From Raja brachyura (Eukaryota), in contig OY740816.1 of the NCBI GenBank assembly GCA_963514005.1, positions 26,102,001 through 26,166,000 on the forward strand: a DNA stretch of 64,000 nucleotides, written 5' to 3'. The number at the start of each line of letters is the position of its first letter. The stretch's first letter is position 1. Made by a program: the position numbers and the translations under genes. This document shows, in pieces, positions 43,283-55,099 of the stretch. Below the pieces are notes generated by a model. That model did no database searches, was not told the DNA's origin, and saw only the letters and a list, made by a program, of their open reading frames with translations.

Positions 43283-45405
43283 ACAATGATTACAATCAAG
43301 CCATCCACAGTGTACAAATACATGATAAAGGTAAAGAGGGAAGGAGCAGTTTCAGGTGAGGAGAAAAAGGCAAACTGCTCAAAGAACTCAACGGGCCAGG
43401 TAGCATCTGTGGAGACAAAGGAATGGGTGATGTTTCGGGTCGATACCCTGAATCAGGGCCATGGTGTTAAACGTTACTTACTGACATCAGCAGTCAAGTA
43501 TCTCACAAAGGGTCTGAAGAAGGGTCTCGACCCGAAACGTCGCCTATCTCCTTCGCTCCTTAGATGCTGCTGCACCCGCTGAGTTTCTCCAGCTTTTTGT
43601 GTAACCCTCGATTCTCCAACATCTGCAGTTCCTTCTTTAACAAGCATCTCACAAAGTTGGCAGGCTTGTAATAGAAAATCAAAAGAGAGTGGAAATCTAA
43701 AATGCAAACAGAAAATGTTGGAAATACTCAGCAGATCAGGCCACATCTCCGAGAAAAGACACAGCATTAATGTTTCAGGTTGAACCTTAACAGAACATGT
43801 CAAAGTCTTTGACAAGTGGAGGAGGAAAAATTGACAAGAGCAAAAATATACACCAGCTAGTGGCTAAGGCAGTCTATCACGATGCGGCATCAAAAGGGAA
43901 CTCGTAGTTTGGAACTTTGGCTGCTAACTTATGATGTTCTATGGTACAGCCTGCTTTTATTAAATTAAGATGATTCTGTGCACTATTTCAGGTTAGCACA
44001 GATTTTCACCCATATATATTCTAACTTTCCCATTTTTCCCAGACAATTTGTCATTTCTACATGCAAACTGTGCTGAGAACCAACCAAGATTTCATTAAAC
44101 CACATCTGCTGTTCTTTGTTTCTCCAAGATTTCATTAGCTTTCCTGATTGTTTGCTCTACCATTTAATGAGGGGAACGTGGACATCCCAATCCAATGCCT
44201 GAGAAAACAATGCAGCAGGTACAGCATGCAGCTCTGTCACCACACTGCAGGAAGGACGTGATGCACTAGAGAGGCAGTAGGGGAAGTTCACCAGGATGTT
44301 TCATGGGATGTTTCCGTGAGGAGGAGAGACTGGGAAGGCTGGGTTTGCTGCTCTGGAATGGAGGAGGCTGAGGGAGGAACAAATGGAGGTTTACAAAATG
44401 ATGTCAGAGATACACAGAGTTAATTAAAGGGGTAACATGTTTAGAGGCAATCTGAGCAAGGACGTTTCCACCCAGAGGGTGGTTGGAACCTGGAGCTCAC
44501 TGCCTGAAGGAGTAGATTCTTGATTAGTATGGGTGTCAGAGGTTATGGGGAGAAAGCAGGAGAATAGGGTTAGGAGGGAGAGATAGATCAGCCAGATTGA
44601 TCAACAATCACTTAGAGGGTTGGGATATGGAACTAGCTGCCAGAATAATGTGTGGAACACTACAATGGCCTGTTCCCTTTATCATCGTTACTTTTTTTGC
44701 ATATCTTTCATTCATTTGTTCCATATCTCTTTACATCACTGTCTATGTCTCTTGGTTCCCTTTCCCCTGACTGAAGGAGGGTCTCGACCAGAAACATCAG
44801 CTATTTGTTTTCTTCAGAGATGCTGTCTGACCCGCTGACCCATGTATAGTCTTTCCGCTAACTGGATAGCACACGACAAAAAGCTGTTCACTGTATCCCC
44901 ATTCACAATGAGTACTCACCACACACGTGACAATAAACAAACTAAACTATAAAACTTATGCTTCATCAAAATTTCAATTGCAAATTTGGAAATGAGATGT
45001 TTATATTCCTTTCATGCCAGTCATATAGAGGAAGCAAAGCTGAGGACTGAATACATAGAAAATGGAACATAAAACATAGATCAGTGCAGCATAGTAATCC
45101 ACTATGTTTGTGCTGAACAGAATGCCAATGTAAACTGCACATCTGCCTGCACATCGAGTCGTACAGTGATGCAGCATTGAAACAGGCCCTTCGGCCCAAC
45201 ATGCACACAACAGCCAACATGTCCCAGCTACACTATTCCCACTTGCCCGTGTTTGGCCCATATCCCTCCAAACCTGTGCTATCCATGTACCTGTCTAACT
45301 TTGTTGTAAACGTTGGGATAGTCCCTGCCCCAACTACATCCTCTGGCAGCTCGTTCCATACACCCACCACCCTTTGTGATCACCTTAAACCCATAAATAA
45401 TTACA

Positions 45406-45407
<2 letters not shown>

Positions 45408-45477
<70 letters not shown>
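45408..45477. repeat. (AT)n microsatellite
   Basis: About 35 perfect AT units. Confidence 0.99.
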
Positions 45478-45482
<5 letters not shown>

Positions 45483-46200
45483 TGGTCAAAAACCCCTTAA
45501 TTCCATGCCTCTTCATGTGCCTATCTGCATCCAACACCACCCCTAGCAACACGCTCCAAGCCCCCACAACTTTCTGTGTAAGAAACCAAATCTACCCTCT
45601 CTTTCGCCCTTTCACTTTACAGCTATGCCCTCCAGTGTTTGACAGTTCCACCTGAGTAAAACAAGGTTCTGTCTACCCTATCTATGCCTCCCATAATTTT
45701 ATAAACTTCCTGCTGAGACTCCAGTGAAACCAATCCATGTTTGTCCAAAGTATAGAAAGGAACTGCAGGTGCTGGTGTGTAAGAAGGGTCTCGACCCAAA
45801 ACGTCACACATTCCTTCTCTCCAGAGATACTGCCTGTCCCGCTGAGTTACTCCAACATTTTGTGTCTCTCCATGTTTGTCCAACCTTCCCTGCAGCTGAT
45901 ACTCTCTAATCCAGGCATATGAGAATACCACAGCACACCCCAACATTCAGAAACTAAACATCTTGACACCACTCTCGATTTCCAAAGGTCCAATAAAATT
46001 ATGAAGAGAAGTTGCAAAGTAGCCCATAGTTCCTCAGTAGAAACATGAAACAGGTGCTGGTTTATTTTTTTAAAAGGAACAAAGTGCTGGAGTAACGTTT
46101 CTGCTCGGGGTCCTTCTTCAGACTGATTGTAGAGGGAGAGGGGGAAGAATGCTGGGAGAGAAGGGAGGGAGGGCAAATCATGGCAATTTGGTATCGACCC

Positions 46201-46462
46201 GTAACGTCACCTATCCATGTTCTCCACAGATGCTGCCTGACCTGCTGAGTTACTCCAGCACTCTGTGAAACGTCACCTATCCATGTTCTCCACAGATGCT
46301 GCCTGACCCACTGAGTTACTCCAGCACTCTGTGAAACGTCACCTATCCATGTTCTCCACAGATGCTGCCTGACCCGCTGAGTTACTCCAGCACTCTGTGA
46401 AACGTCACCTATCCATGTTCCCCACAGATGCTGCCTGACCCGCTGAGTTACTCCAACACTTT
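46201..46462 (+). repeat. 66-bp tandem array, 4 copies, derived from the hammerhead-like repeat
   Basis: Unit GAAACGTCACCTATCCATGTTCTCCACAGATGCTGCCTGACCCGCTGAGTTACTCCAGCACTCTGT starts at 46201, 46267, 46333 and 46399. Confidence 0.95.
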
Positions 46463-47701
46463 TTGTCCTTTTAACAGTTGCTCACCTCTCTCCTCTATGA
46501 GATGTGAAATGTTTCTTGTAGACCAGAGGATGCTCCTGTGCCCAATATCCCTGTGAGCCCAGCCTTGGATGGAGAGCTGGACCAGCAAGGCTGTCTCACA
46601 CTCTGAGCTGCTCTGATGCTATTTCCAACATGGTCAGTGTCAGCAGGCAGCCACTTCTGCAAAAACTTCAAATGCAAATTGTGTCCACAATGTGAACACT
46701 TTAACCCCCCCATCCACCAATCCACTTCCTCTGTTGAATGATTGCTCACTCTGGAAATGGAGTTGATGTTTTGTTTGGAACGGGAGATTGGAGAGAGATT
46801 TAATCAAGAAAAAACAATGAAATACTCCCAAAGAAAAGACGGATTTCTCTTTGAATGATTAGTAACTGTCGGATGTAGATTTAATGTGACTGTTAGAAAG
46901 GTTGTTAAGGAATTTCTTTTCACCCATAAGTTTCAGTTTAGTTTAGTCACGTGTGCCGAGGTACAGTGAAAAGCTTTTGTTGCGTGCTATCCAGTCAGCG
47001 GAAAGGCAATGCATTATTACAATCGAGCCATTTACAGTGTACAGATACTGTACATGATAAGGGAATAACGTTTAGTGCATGGTAAAGCCAGCAAAGTCTG
47101 ATCAAGGATAAGGAGATCAGGCTCGGCAGACACTGACTGGAGGGGGTGGACACAGGAAAAAGCCACTGAATCACTTCTTTAAAAAAACTTTAATTTGCAA
47201 GGACCAGAGTCCAAAAAGTGGCAATTGGGATGAACCTAAATAACACTTGGCTCGGCCAATGTGGGTCCTGTGGACTGAAAGCTCTTCTGTGAGTATATTT
47301 TGATGATTCTGAAGACAGGAAGTTGTGCTTTTGTTGCATAAAAGCCCATGGCGTGGAGCTTTGCTGCAGCTGTCTCACTGATGTGATGCTTCCTGACAGT
47401 GGCTAACATGTGCTGCTCCCCTGTTCCACACCCATGAGAGTGCCTCTCTTCCACCCTGCCCATTGCACTTCACAGTCCGACAAAAATGATCTTCCCAGAA
47501 CTCTTATCATAAGAGCAGATTAATTTATCTGCTGCCTCTGTTGCTTCCCAGAACCTAGATTTCAGTCTGAAGAAGGGTCTGGACCCGTAACGTCACCCAT
47601 TCCTTCAATCCAGAGATGCTGCCTATGCCACTGAGCTACTCCAGCCTTTTGCGTGTCTCTAAATTGTTAGATTCCAGGGAGCAACAACGTGAGTGTCTCA
47701 T

Positions 47702-47989
47702 TGGCACAGCGGCAGAGTTGCTGCCTCACCTGTCAGAGACCCAGGTTTGATCCTGACCTCGGGTGCTGTCTGTATGGAGTTTGCATGTTCTCTCTGTGAC
47801 CGTGTGAATTATTCTCTGGGTGCTCCGGTTTACTCTCACACTCCAAAGAGGGGCAGGTTTTTAGATTAATTGGCTTCTGTAAATTGTCTCCAGTGTGTAG
47901 GATAATGCTAGTGTACAAGTGATCGCTGGTCAGCGTGGACTGGGTGGGCCAAAGGTCCTGTTTCCACGTCGTATCTATAATCTAAACTA
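47702..47989 (+). mobile_element. tRNA-derived V-SINE (HE1-like)
   Basis: Box A/B-like head (TGGCACAGCGG, GGTTTGATCC), V-domain core TGTATGGAGTTTGCATGTTCTC...GGGTGCTCCGGTTT, CR1-like tail GGGCCAAAGGTCCTGTTTCC and (TAAAC)-like end. Confidence 0.8.
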
Positions 47990-48708
47990 TGTTTGCACAG
48001 AAGCATTGATGCTGTAAAGTGACTAAGGACATCACATAGAACCTATCAGTCCTCGAGCCCGCTCCGTCCTTCAGTAAGATCACGCATGATCCTGGGGCCG
48101 AACGTTCAATGTCTTCAGGAACACGAGAGTACACTGCAGAGTTGAAGAGCATTGCCAACTGCTCACCTGACCTGGTTCCTGCAGCACACCTACCTGGCTG
48201 TGCTTAAACTGGCTGCTTCTTCACAGGAACTGTGATAAGTGCTTCAATGCACTTTTTGAGGAACTTGGGAATGAGGTGTGAACCTGCACTGCAGATGATT
48301 CAGGAGTACAGCTGCTGATGAAAGCTAGGGTACACAAAAGACTATTCCTCACACCCACCAGAACTACGTGCAAAGTGCCATCAGGAAGCTGATATTGAAG
48401 AGAAGGTTTGTTCTCCTTCCTTCTCAGAAAGTATCTGATCACCAGGTGGGTAAATGCAATACACTATACCCTGAATACTCACAAACAGGTCAGTGGAACC
48501 TAAAGTACACCAGTCTCCGACCATTTCCTTTTACCGAGATTGACAATGTCTGGTAATGGAAAGTGAAGGAGGGTTGGGAAGTAAACAAGAACATAATGAG
48601 AGACAATTATAAAAACCAGCGCAGTTAAACATTTAGCAAAGCTCCATGGACAGGGTCAGCAATACTTTGGTTGGCTACACAATACCCTGTGCAGTCTTCT
48701 ACTCCCTC

Positions 48709-48854
48709 NNNNNNNNNNNNNNNNNNNNNNNNNNNNNNNNNNNNNNNNNNNNNNNNNNNNNNNNNNNNNNNNNNNNNNNNNNNNNNNNNNNNNNNNNNNN
48801 NNNNNNNNNNNNNNNNNNNNNNNNNNNNNNNNNNNNNNNNNNNNNNNNNNNNNN
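48709..48854. other. Assembly gap (146 N)
   Basis: Run of N. Confidence 1.
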
Positions 48855-48994
48855 TCTACACCAGCTGCTAAAGGCCATTCAGTAGAGCCCCTCACACAAC
48901 CCCATTATCCAGCCTTTTGTTCATTACCTTGTTGGTCTTAACATGCCAGCTGGTGTGCAAGAAGGGTCTCACCCGAAACATCACCAATTCCAAT

Positions 48995-49120
48995 CCACCA
49001 CGCATGTTCCTCCACATATGTTCGTCCACATGTGTTCCATCACACGTGTTCCACCACGCGTGTTCGTCCACATGTGTTCCATCATGCGTGTTCCACCACG
49101 CATGTTCCTGCACACATGGA
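48995..49120. repeat. 14-bp minisatellite, 9 copies, with a 42-bp higher-order period
   Basis: Units CCACCACGCATGTT, CCTCCACATATGTT, CGTCCACATGTGTT, CCATCACACGTGTT, CCACCACGCGTGTT, CGTCCACATGTGTT and so on. Confidence 0.9.
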
Positions 49121-51949
49121 ACTTCCATTCCTCGATTCTCCGCATCAACTGTTTTTGGTGCAGGAACTTTTCCAGAGCTGTGAAAACGTTGCTTCGTTTA
49201 CCAGGGTCCAGGGCAGCTGCACAAACCCAGCAGACAGCAACCAACAACGCTAACATTTGCTTCATATCATGCCAAAAAACAATAATAACAAACATTGTGC
49301 CTTTGAAAAGAAAATCCCAAGCTGCTTCACAGAATGAATTATTGCTCGAAAACTCACCTATAAACTCACAGGCTTGTCCCTTCATCCAACCAATGTGTGT
49401 GTGAGAATATGATGGAATTAAATACACAACAGATTCCAAGTGGAGTCGACACAAATGATCAAAAATAGTCTGCAATTGACAACAGATGATGAGGAAGTAC
49501 CCACAGCGCTAACAATCCCTACATCTAAAAAGCCAACCACTCTATTGACTTTAGCAGCAGTAACCGAAGAGGCTGCAGGAATGTTGGCTTTTATCTCAAA
49601 GAGGCTGTATTACAAAGTGGAGGAAGTTGATGAGATCCCATCTGGAACCACGTCCCAGAGACAATACCGATCCACAAAACACACCAACACCCAGAGCTCA
49701 ACGCAAGGGGCTCAGCTGCTCCTTGCTTCACATTGCAGTGAAACGTTTGCATTTATCTAGCACCTTGACACTCCTCAGCCACGCATTCATCTGCCCTATC
49801 TTCCCGTTCCTACCATCACTAGCACGTGGCACGGGAGGAATCTGGAGATTATTGTCCTCAAGGTCTTGATTTTTAACCTATTGCCTGACCCCCTATATTC
49901 ACTCTGCAGGACTTCATCCCTTTTCCTACCCTAGTCATTTGTGCTGACGTGCACGACTACTCCGGGCTGTTCACCCTCCCCGTGAGAATGTTGTGCAGCC
50001 ACTCCTAGACATCGTGGATCATCCTGGTTTGGGAGTGCAGGTGTTGTCCAACACTGACCCATGCTTCCATGATGTGGCGGCCAGTGGACATTTCATGTTG
50101 AAGAGGGTTTTGACCCATTCCTTCTCTCCAGAGATGCTGCCTGCCCCGCTGAGTTACTCCAACATTTTATCTATCATGTTGATGAGAGGCAGGTGAGTCC
50201 AACATCTAATCTCAACACCAGCACCTCTGACAATGCAGCACTGACATACCAGGTGGACGCTATTTATTTACTCTGCCTTTGTTCTCTTGCCTATCCTTGC
50301 AATTTAGTCTTAAATATTTTTCTGGATTAACCTGTTTAATTTTATTTGCCACTTTTTATATCTCAATCTGATCTCAGCTATCTCTGGGTTGCTAGAACAA
50401 TCAGGTTTCTCCAGTCTTTTCTCATACCTTAGATCACTGCTGAACAAATGTCCCTCAGTCCTCTCCAGTCTTAGAGCGATACAGGCCCTTCAGCCCATCA
50501 AACCCATGCTGACCATCGACCAACGTTCAGTCCCATTTAGTTCCACTCCCAAGACAGGGCCGGCAAAAGATGACCTGGTTTGGTGTGAGCTCAAGAGGGA
50601 CACATCGTTGGATGTCACTGCTTTGGAGGCAATGAAGAGAAGGTTTACGCCACTAATACTTTGGTATTGCAGGCTGTATTACGAGGAATGGTTTGAGAAT
50701 CCCGGCCTGTATCCATTGGAGTTTACGAGAATGAGAAGGGAGTTGATTGCAACAGATAAGAGATTTTGAGAGGGCGGATGTTAGGAGGATGTTTCGTCTT
50801 GGGGGAGAATCTAGAACCAGGGCATGCACGTAAGGCAGATGTGAGGTGAGCTATTTCTCTCTCCCACGCTCTTTGGAACCCCCTTCCTCAAAGGCCTGTG
50901 GAGGCAGAGTCTATGAATATTTTTAAGGCGGAGGTGGGCATATTAGATTGGGGGGGATTCCGGTGGTGGGGTAACTGGGGATGAGGAGTTGGGCTACGAA
51001 TCTCTAGGTCTCTTCTTCTGACAAAACTTGATTATTTGGAGTTGAGGGAACGGGCTGTGATGGGTCCAGGGTGTAGTTGTGCATCAAGCACCAAGGCGGC
51101 CCAGAGAGAGAAGTGGGCAAACACGGAGACTAAGTCATGTCCCAGCGGGAATGTTAACCAGACAAACAGATTAATGTACAGAGAGATGACTAGATAAGTC
51201 CATGAGTGACAGGAGCAGAATTAGGCCATTCAGCCCATCGTCTACTCCACAATTCAATCATGGCTGATCTATCTCTTCATCCTAACCCCATTCTCCTGCT
51301 TTCTCCCCATCACCCCTGACACCAGATGCTCTGATGAACACAAGATGGAACAGGGAGTCAATGTCACAACACCTCTCATTTGCTGCCCCATTCAGCAAGA
51401 TCTGAAGAAGGGTCTCGACTTGAAACGTCACCATTTCCCTTTGTCCAGAGATGCTGTCTGACCCGTTGAGTTACTCCAGCGTTTTGTGTCTGTCTTCAGT
51501 AAGATCACAGCTGCTCTGACCCCAGGCCGGCTCCATTCCCACGGGTATACTGTGAACCCAGATTGCCCCGCTGTCTGAGTCAGAATATATTCAATGACTC
51601 CACCACTCTGGGCTAGAGATTCACAGCCACCTCAAGGAAGAAGTCCCACCTCATCTCCGTCTGAACTGGTGAAGCATGATTCTGAAACAATGCCCCCTTG
51701 TTCTCAACTCTCTCTCCCAGTTTCACTATCGTCTTGTTTTACGGGGATGGTGTAGGCCTACTTGTCAGCAGTTGACAAGGCTGTGATAGAGAGCTGCACT
51801 GGTGTTTGTATCTGTCACACAGGGGTGTGTGGAGAGATCTCAGACACATCACAGCAGACTGCTGCTTGTTCCCAGCTTCCTCTCCCCTCTCTGCTGAATC
51901 CCTGCACAGCGGCAGGTGGCAAGTCCAGAACCATCATCTCTTACTGAAA

Positions 51950-52325
51950 CTTACCGAATGGTGAAAGGCTTTTATAGAGCAGAAGTGGAGAGGATGTTTC
52001 CACTAGTGGGAGAGTCTAGGACCAGAGGACCACAGCCTCAGAATTAAAGGACATTCCTTTAGGAAGGAGATGAGGAGGAATTTATTTCGTCAGAGGGTGG
52101 TGAATCTGTGGAATTCATTGCCACAGAAGGCTGCAGAGGCCAAGTCAATGGATATATTTAAGGCAGAGGTAGATAGATTCTTAATTAGTACGGGTGTCAG
52201 GGGTTACGGGGAGAAGGCAGGAGAATGGGGTTAGGTGGGAGAGATAGATCAGCCATGATTGAATGGCAGTGTAGACATAATGGGCCGAATGGCCTAATTC
52301 TGCTCCTATCACATTACCTTATGAA
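51950..52325 (+). mobile_element. CR1/HER1-like LINE 3' fragment
   Basis: GAGAGGATGTTTCCACTAGTGGGAGAGTCTAGGACCAGAGG...CAGAGGGTGGTGAATCTGTGGAATTC...GGGCCGAATGGCCTAATTCTGCTCCT; related to the minus-strand copy at 59190-59640. Confidence 0.8.
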
Positions 52326-53286
52326 CATTTCAGGCTGTTTCCTTGTGCTTTGGCTGCCAGTGACTAGTGGAGTTCCGCATGGGTCTTCCGATGCTGGGGC
52401 TGCTACTCTTCCTGGTAAATATCAATGATTTGGATGAAGGAATTGATGTAATTTGTACCCTACTTCCTAGCTACTGTTGGGAGGTTTGTGAATAACTCTC
52501 ATCAGGGTACCTTTTACCCTTGCAGTTTTTCAGCTCTCCCCTTTGTCAGGGGTTAGGGGTGGGGGTGAGAATCTGCCCTTCCCACTTTGTAAAGCAGCCA
52601 TGCTCAAATCCTAATCCGTCCGTGCCACACTGTGCAGGAGCCAGCCTCTGATGTGAACGTCTCTCGGTTTGTCTCTACTCATCACCTTTGCTTCGTGCCC
52701 CACTTCTGCTTGACCACACCACTGATCTTTGACACGGGACTTTAATCTCTCCAAACAAGGGCAAGTGACAGGGAAAAAAGCCCATTTAAAATCAAAGCCC
52801 TTCAAATCCTTAATTAAAGATAACGAGATTTGTGTGGACATGGGAGGGGGAGTGTGGGGGGAGGGGGGGCAGTGATTGTGGGGGTCAGATTTGGGGGGAT
52901 GGGGAGAGTGCAAAGAGTTAGCACCAATACAAAGAACCCTACAGCAGACACCAGGCCCAGTCTGGTCCAGTGAAGATAGACACAAAGTGCTGGAGTAACT
53001 TAGTGAAGAGACACCAAATGCTGGAGCAACTCAGAGGGACAGGCAGCATCTCTGGAGAGAAGGAATGGGTGCCACTCAGTCTGTTTACCTCCGTCCAAAC
53101 ACATCTACTACTTGTAAAACTGTGCTGGAAATTAAAAGCAAGTATTCCATTGGCCTTCAGCAGAGCCAATGCTAATTCCCACCACAGCCTAATTACTGCA
53201 GCTCAGATCTTTTGGAAAATATTTGGCGCAGACTACAAAACTAACTATAAAAAAATGAAAGTTGCAGAGGCACCAAAATCGCTTTA

Positions 53287-53815
53287 CATAGAAACATAGA
53301 AACATAGAAAATAGGTGCAGGAGTAGGCCATTCGGCCCTTCGAGCCTGCACCGCCATTCAATGTGATCATGGCTGATCATCCAACTCAGTATCCCGTACC
53401 TGCCTTCTCTCCATACCCCCTGATCCCTTTAGCCACAAGTGCCACATCTAACGCCCTCTTAAATATAGCCAATGAACTGGCCTCAACTACCTTCTGTGGC
53501 AGAGAATTCCAGAGACTCACCACTCTCTGTGTAAAGAATGTTTTCCTCATTTCGGTCCTAAAGGAATTCCCCCTTATCCTTAGACTGTGACCCCTTGTTC
53601 TGGACTCCCCCAACATCGGGAACAATCTTCCAGCATCTAGCTTGTCCAACCCCTTAAGAATTTTGTAGGTTTCTATAAGATCCCCCCTCAATCTTCTAAA
53701 TTCCATCGAGTACAAACCGAGTCTATCCAATCTTTCCTCATATGAAAGTCCTGACATCCCAGGAATCAGTCTGGTGAATCTTCTCTGTACCCCCTCTATG
53801 GCAAGGATGTCTCTC
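53287..53815 (-). mobile_element. Young 5'-truncated CR1-clade LINE (HER1-like) 3' end
   Basis: Open ORF2 C-terminus (LSYEERLDRLGLYSMEFRRLRGDLIETYK...FFTQRVVSLWNSLP), (TTTCTATG)n tail, candidate TSD CTTTACA at 53282-53288 and 53816-53822. Confidence 0.9.
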
Positions 53816-54385
53816 CTTTACACAAGATATTCAGTAGTACAATACAACTTCCTCCCTGCTGATCACTAGCACATAGTACAGCACGACAGGCCCTTCAGCC
53901 CAAAATGTCTGTGGTGAAGAAAGGTCCCAACATAAAACGTCACCTATCCCGTTTCTCCAGAGATGCTGTCCAACCCGCTGAATAACTCCAGATTTTTGTG
54001 TCTATAATGCCAAGAAAAACTCCTAACTGCCTGCACATGATCCTTATCCCTCCATATCCATGTGCCTATCTGAAAGCTCCTTAAACACCACTATCATATC
54101 TGCCGCGACCACCACCCCTTTTTAAAAAATGTTTTAAAAATTTCAAAATAGACTTTATTCAAATGATAAATATATACAATACATGAACCTTGTGGAAAAT
54201 CCATCCGACATTTTCGGAGGCTATACAAATTGATCAATACAGTTTATACATTTCTTTTCCCCAAATTTCACAAATGTGTCCCCCACCCGTGCCACTCATG
54301 TGGCCCCCCGGCATGGGATACCTTCCCTTATTTTGAGGGGCGTCTCCACCATACCGTGCCCCCCATGTCCAGCAGCGGAAGGACC

Positions 54386-55099
54386 CTAGACTGTGGCCCT
54401 CCCCCACCGAGCCTTGGCGTTGGCTGCACCGAGCTTCAGTGCGTCCCTCAGCACGTACTCCTGCAGTCTGCAGTGGGCCAGTCGGCAACATTCCCCGACG
54501 GACATCTCGCTCTGCTGGGTGGTGAACAACGCTCGGGCAGACCAAAGAGCGTCTTTCATCGAGTTGATGACCCTCCAGCAGCACTTGATGTCAGTCTCTG
54601 AATGTGTCCCTGGGAACAGTCCGTAAATCACAGCGTCCTCTGTGACGGAGCTGTTCGGAATAAAGCGTACCAAGGACCCTTGCATTTTTCTCCAGACTCT
54701 TTTAGCAAATCCACACTCTGCAAAGAGGTGGTCTCCTCTCCATAGCAGCAGTCCCGAGGGCAGCGTGCGCTGGCAGTGAGGTTCCGATGGTGCAGGAAGG
54801 ATCTGACTGGGAGGGCTCCCCTCACCGCCAGCCAAGCCAGGTCTTGGTGCTTGTTGGTGAGTTCTGGCGATGAGGCGTTTTGCCAGACAAGCTGGGCAGT
54901 CTGCTCAGGGAACCACGCCACCGGGTCCATCGAGTCCTTTCCCTGCAGTGCCTGCAGGACATTTTGTGCCGACCACTGCCCAATGCACAGGTGGTCAAAG
55001 GTGTTGGTCCGGAAGAACCTTTCCACAGACGACAGATGGGGCGGCAATGTCCAGCTGACTGGCACCTTGTGTGGCATCTGCACCAGGCCCATCCTTCTT
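54386..55099 (-). pseudogene. C-terminal part of Tx1/L1-type ORF2 (zf-RVT-like cysteine domain), one frameshift near 54730
   Basis: VWQNASSPELTNKHQDLAWLAVRGALPVRSFLHHRNLTASARCPRDCCYGEET / HLFAECGFAKRVW...KDALWSAR...YVLRDALKLGAANAKARWGRATV-stop. No APE or RT motifs are present. Confidence 0.85.

Noticed and set aside
46201-46462. Regularly spaced repeats resembling a CRISPR array
   Set aside because: Units are head-to-tail with no unique spacers, there are no cas genes and the context is vertebrate.
47394-47415. ACAGTGGCTAA resembling miR-27 (the miR-23a/27a/24-2 cluster neighbours ZSWIM4 in human)
   Set aside because: Only an 11-nt match, the seed start differs, no precursor hairpin is evident and no miR-23 or miR-24 sequence was seen.
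48200-48420. Exon-like segments with AG/GT boundaries on both strands
   Set aside because: Frames compatible with the candidate leader exon hit stops and no homology was recognised.
48943-49475. ORFs of 153-164 aa on both strands
   Set aside because: Their length is largely due to the 14-bp minisatellite and no domain was recognised. Only the short leader-like segment is kept, as a low-confidence finding.
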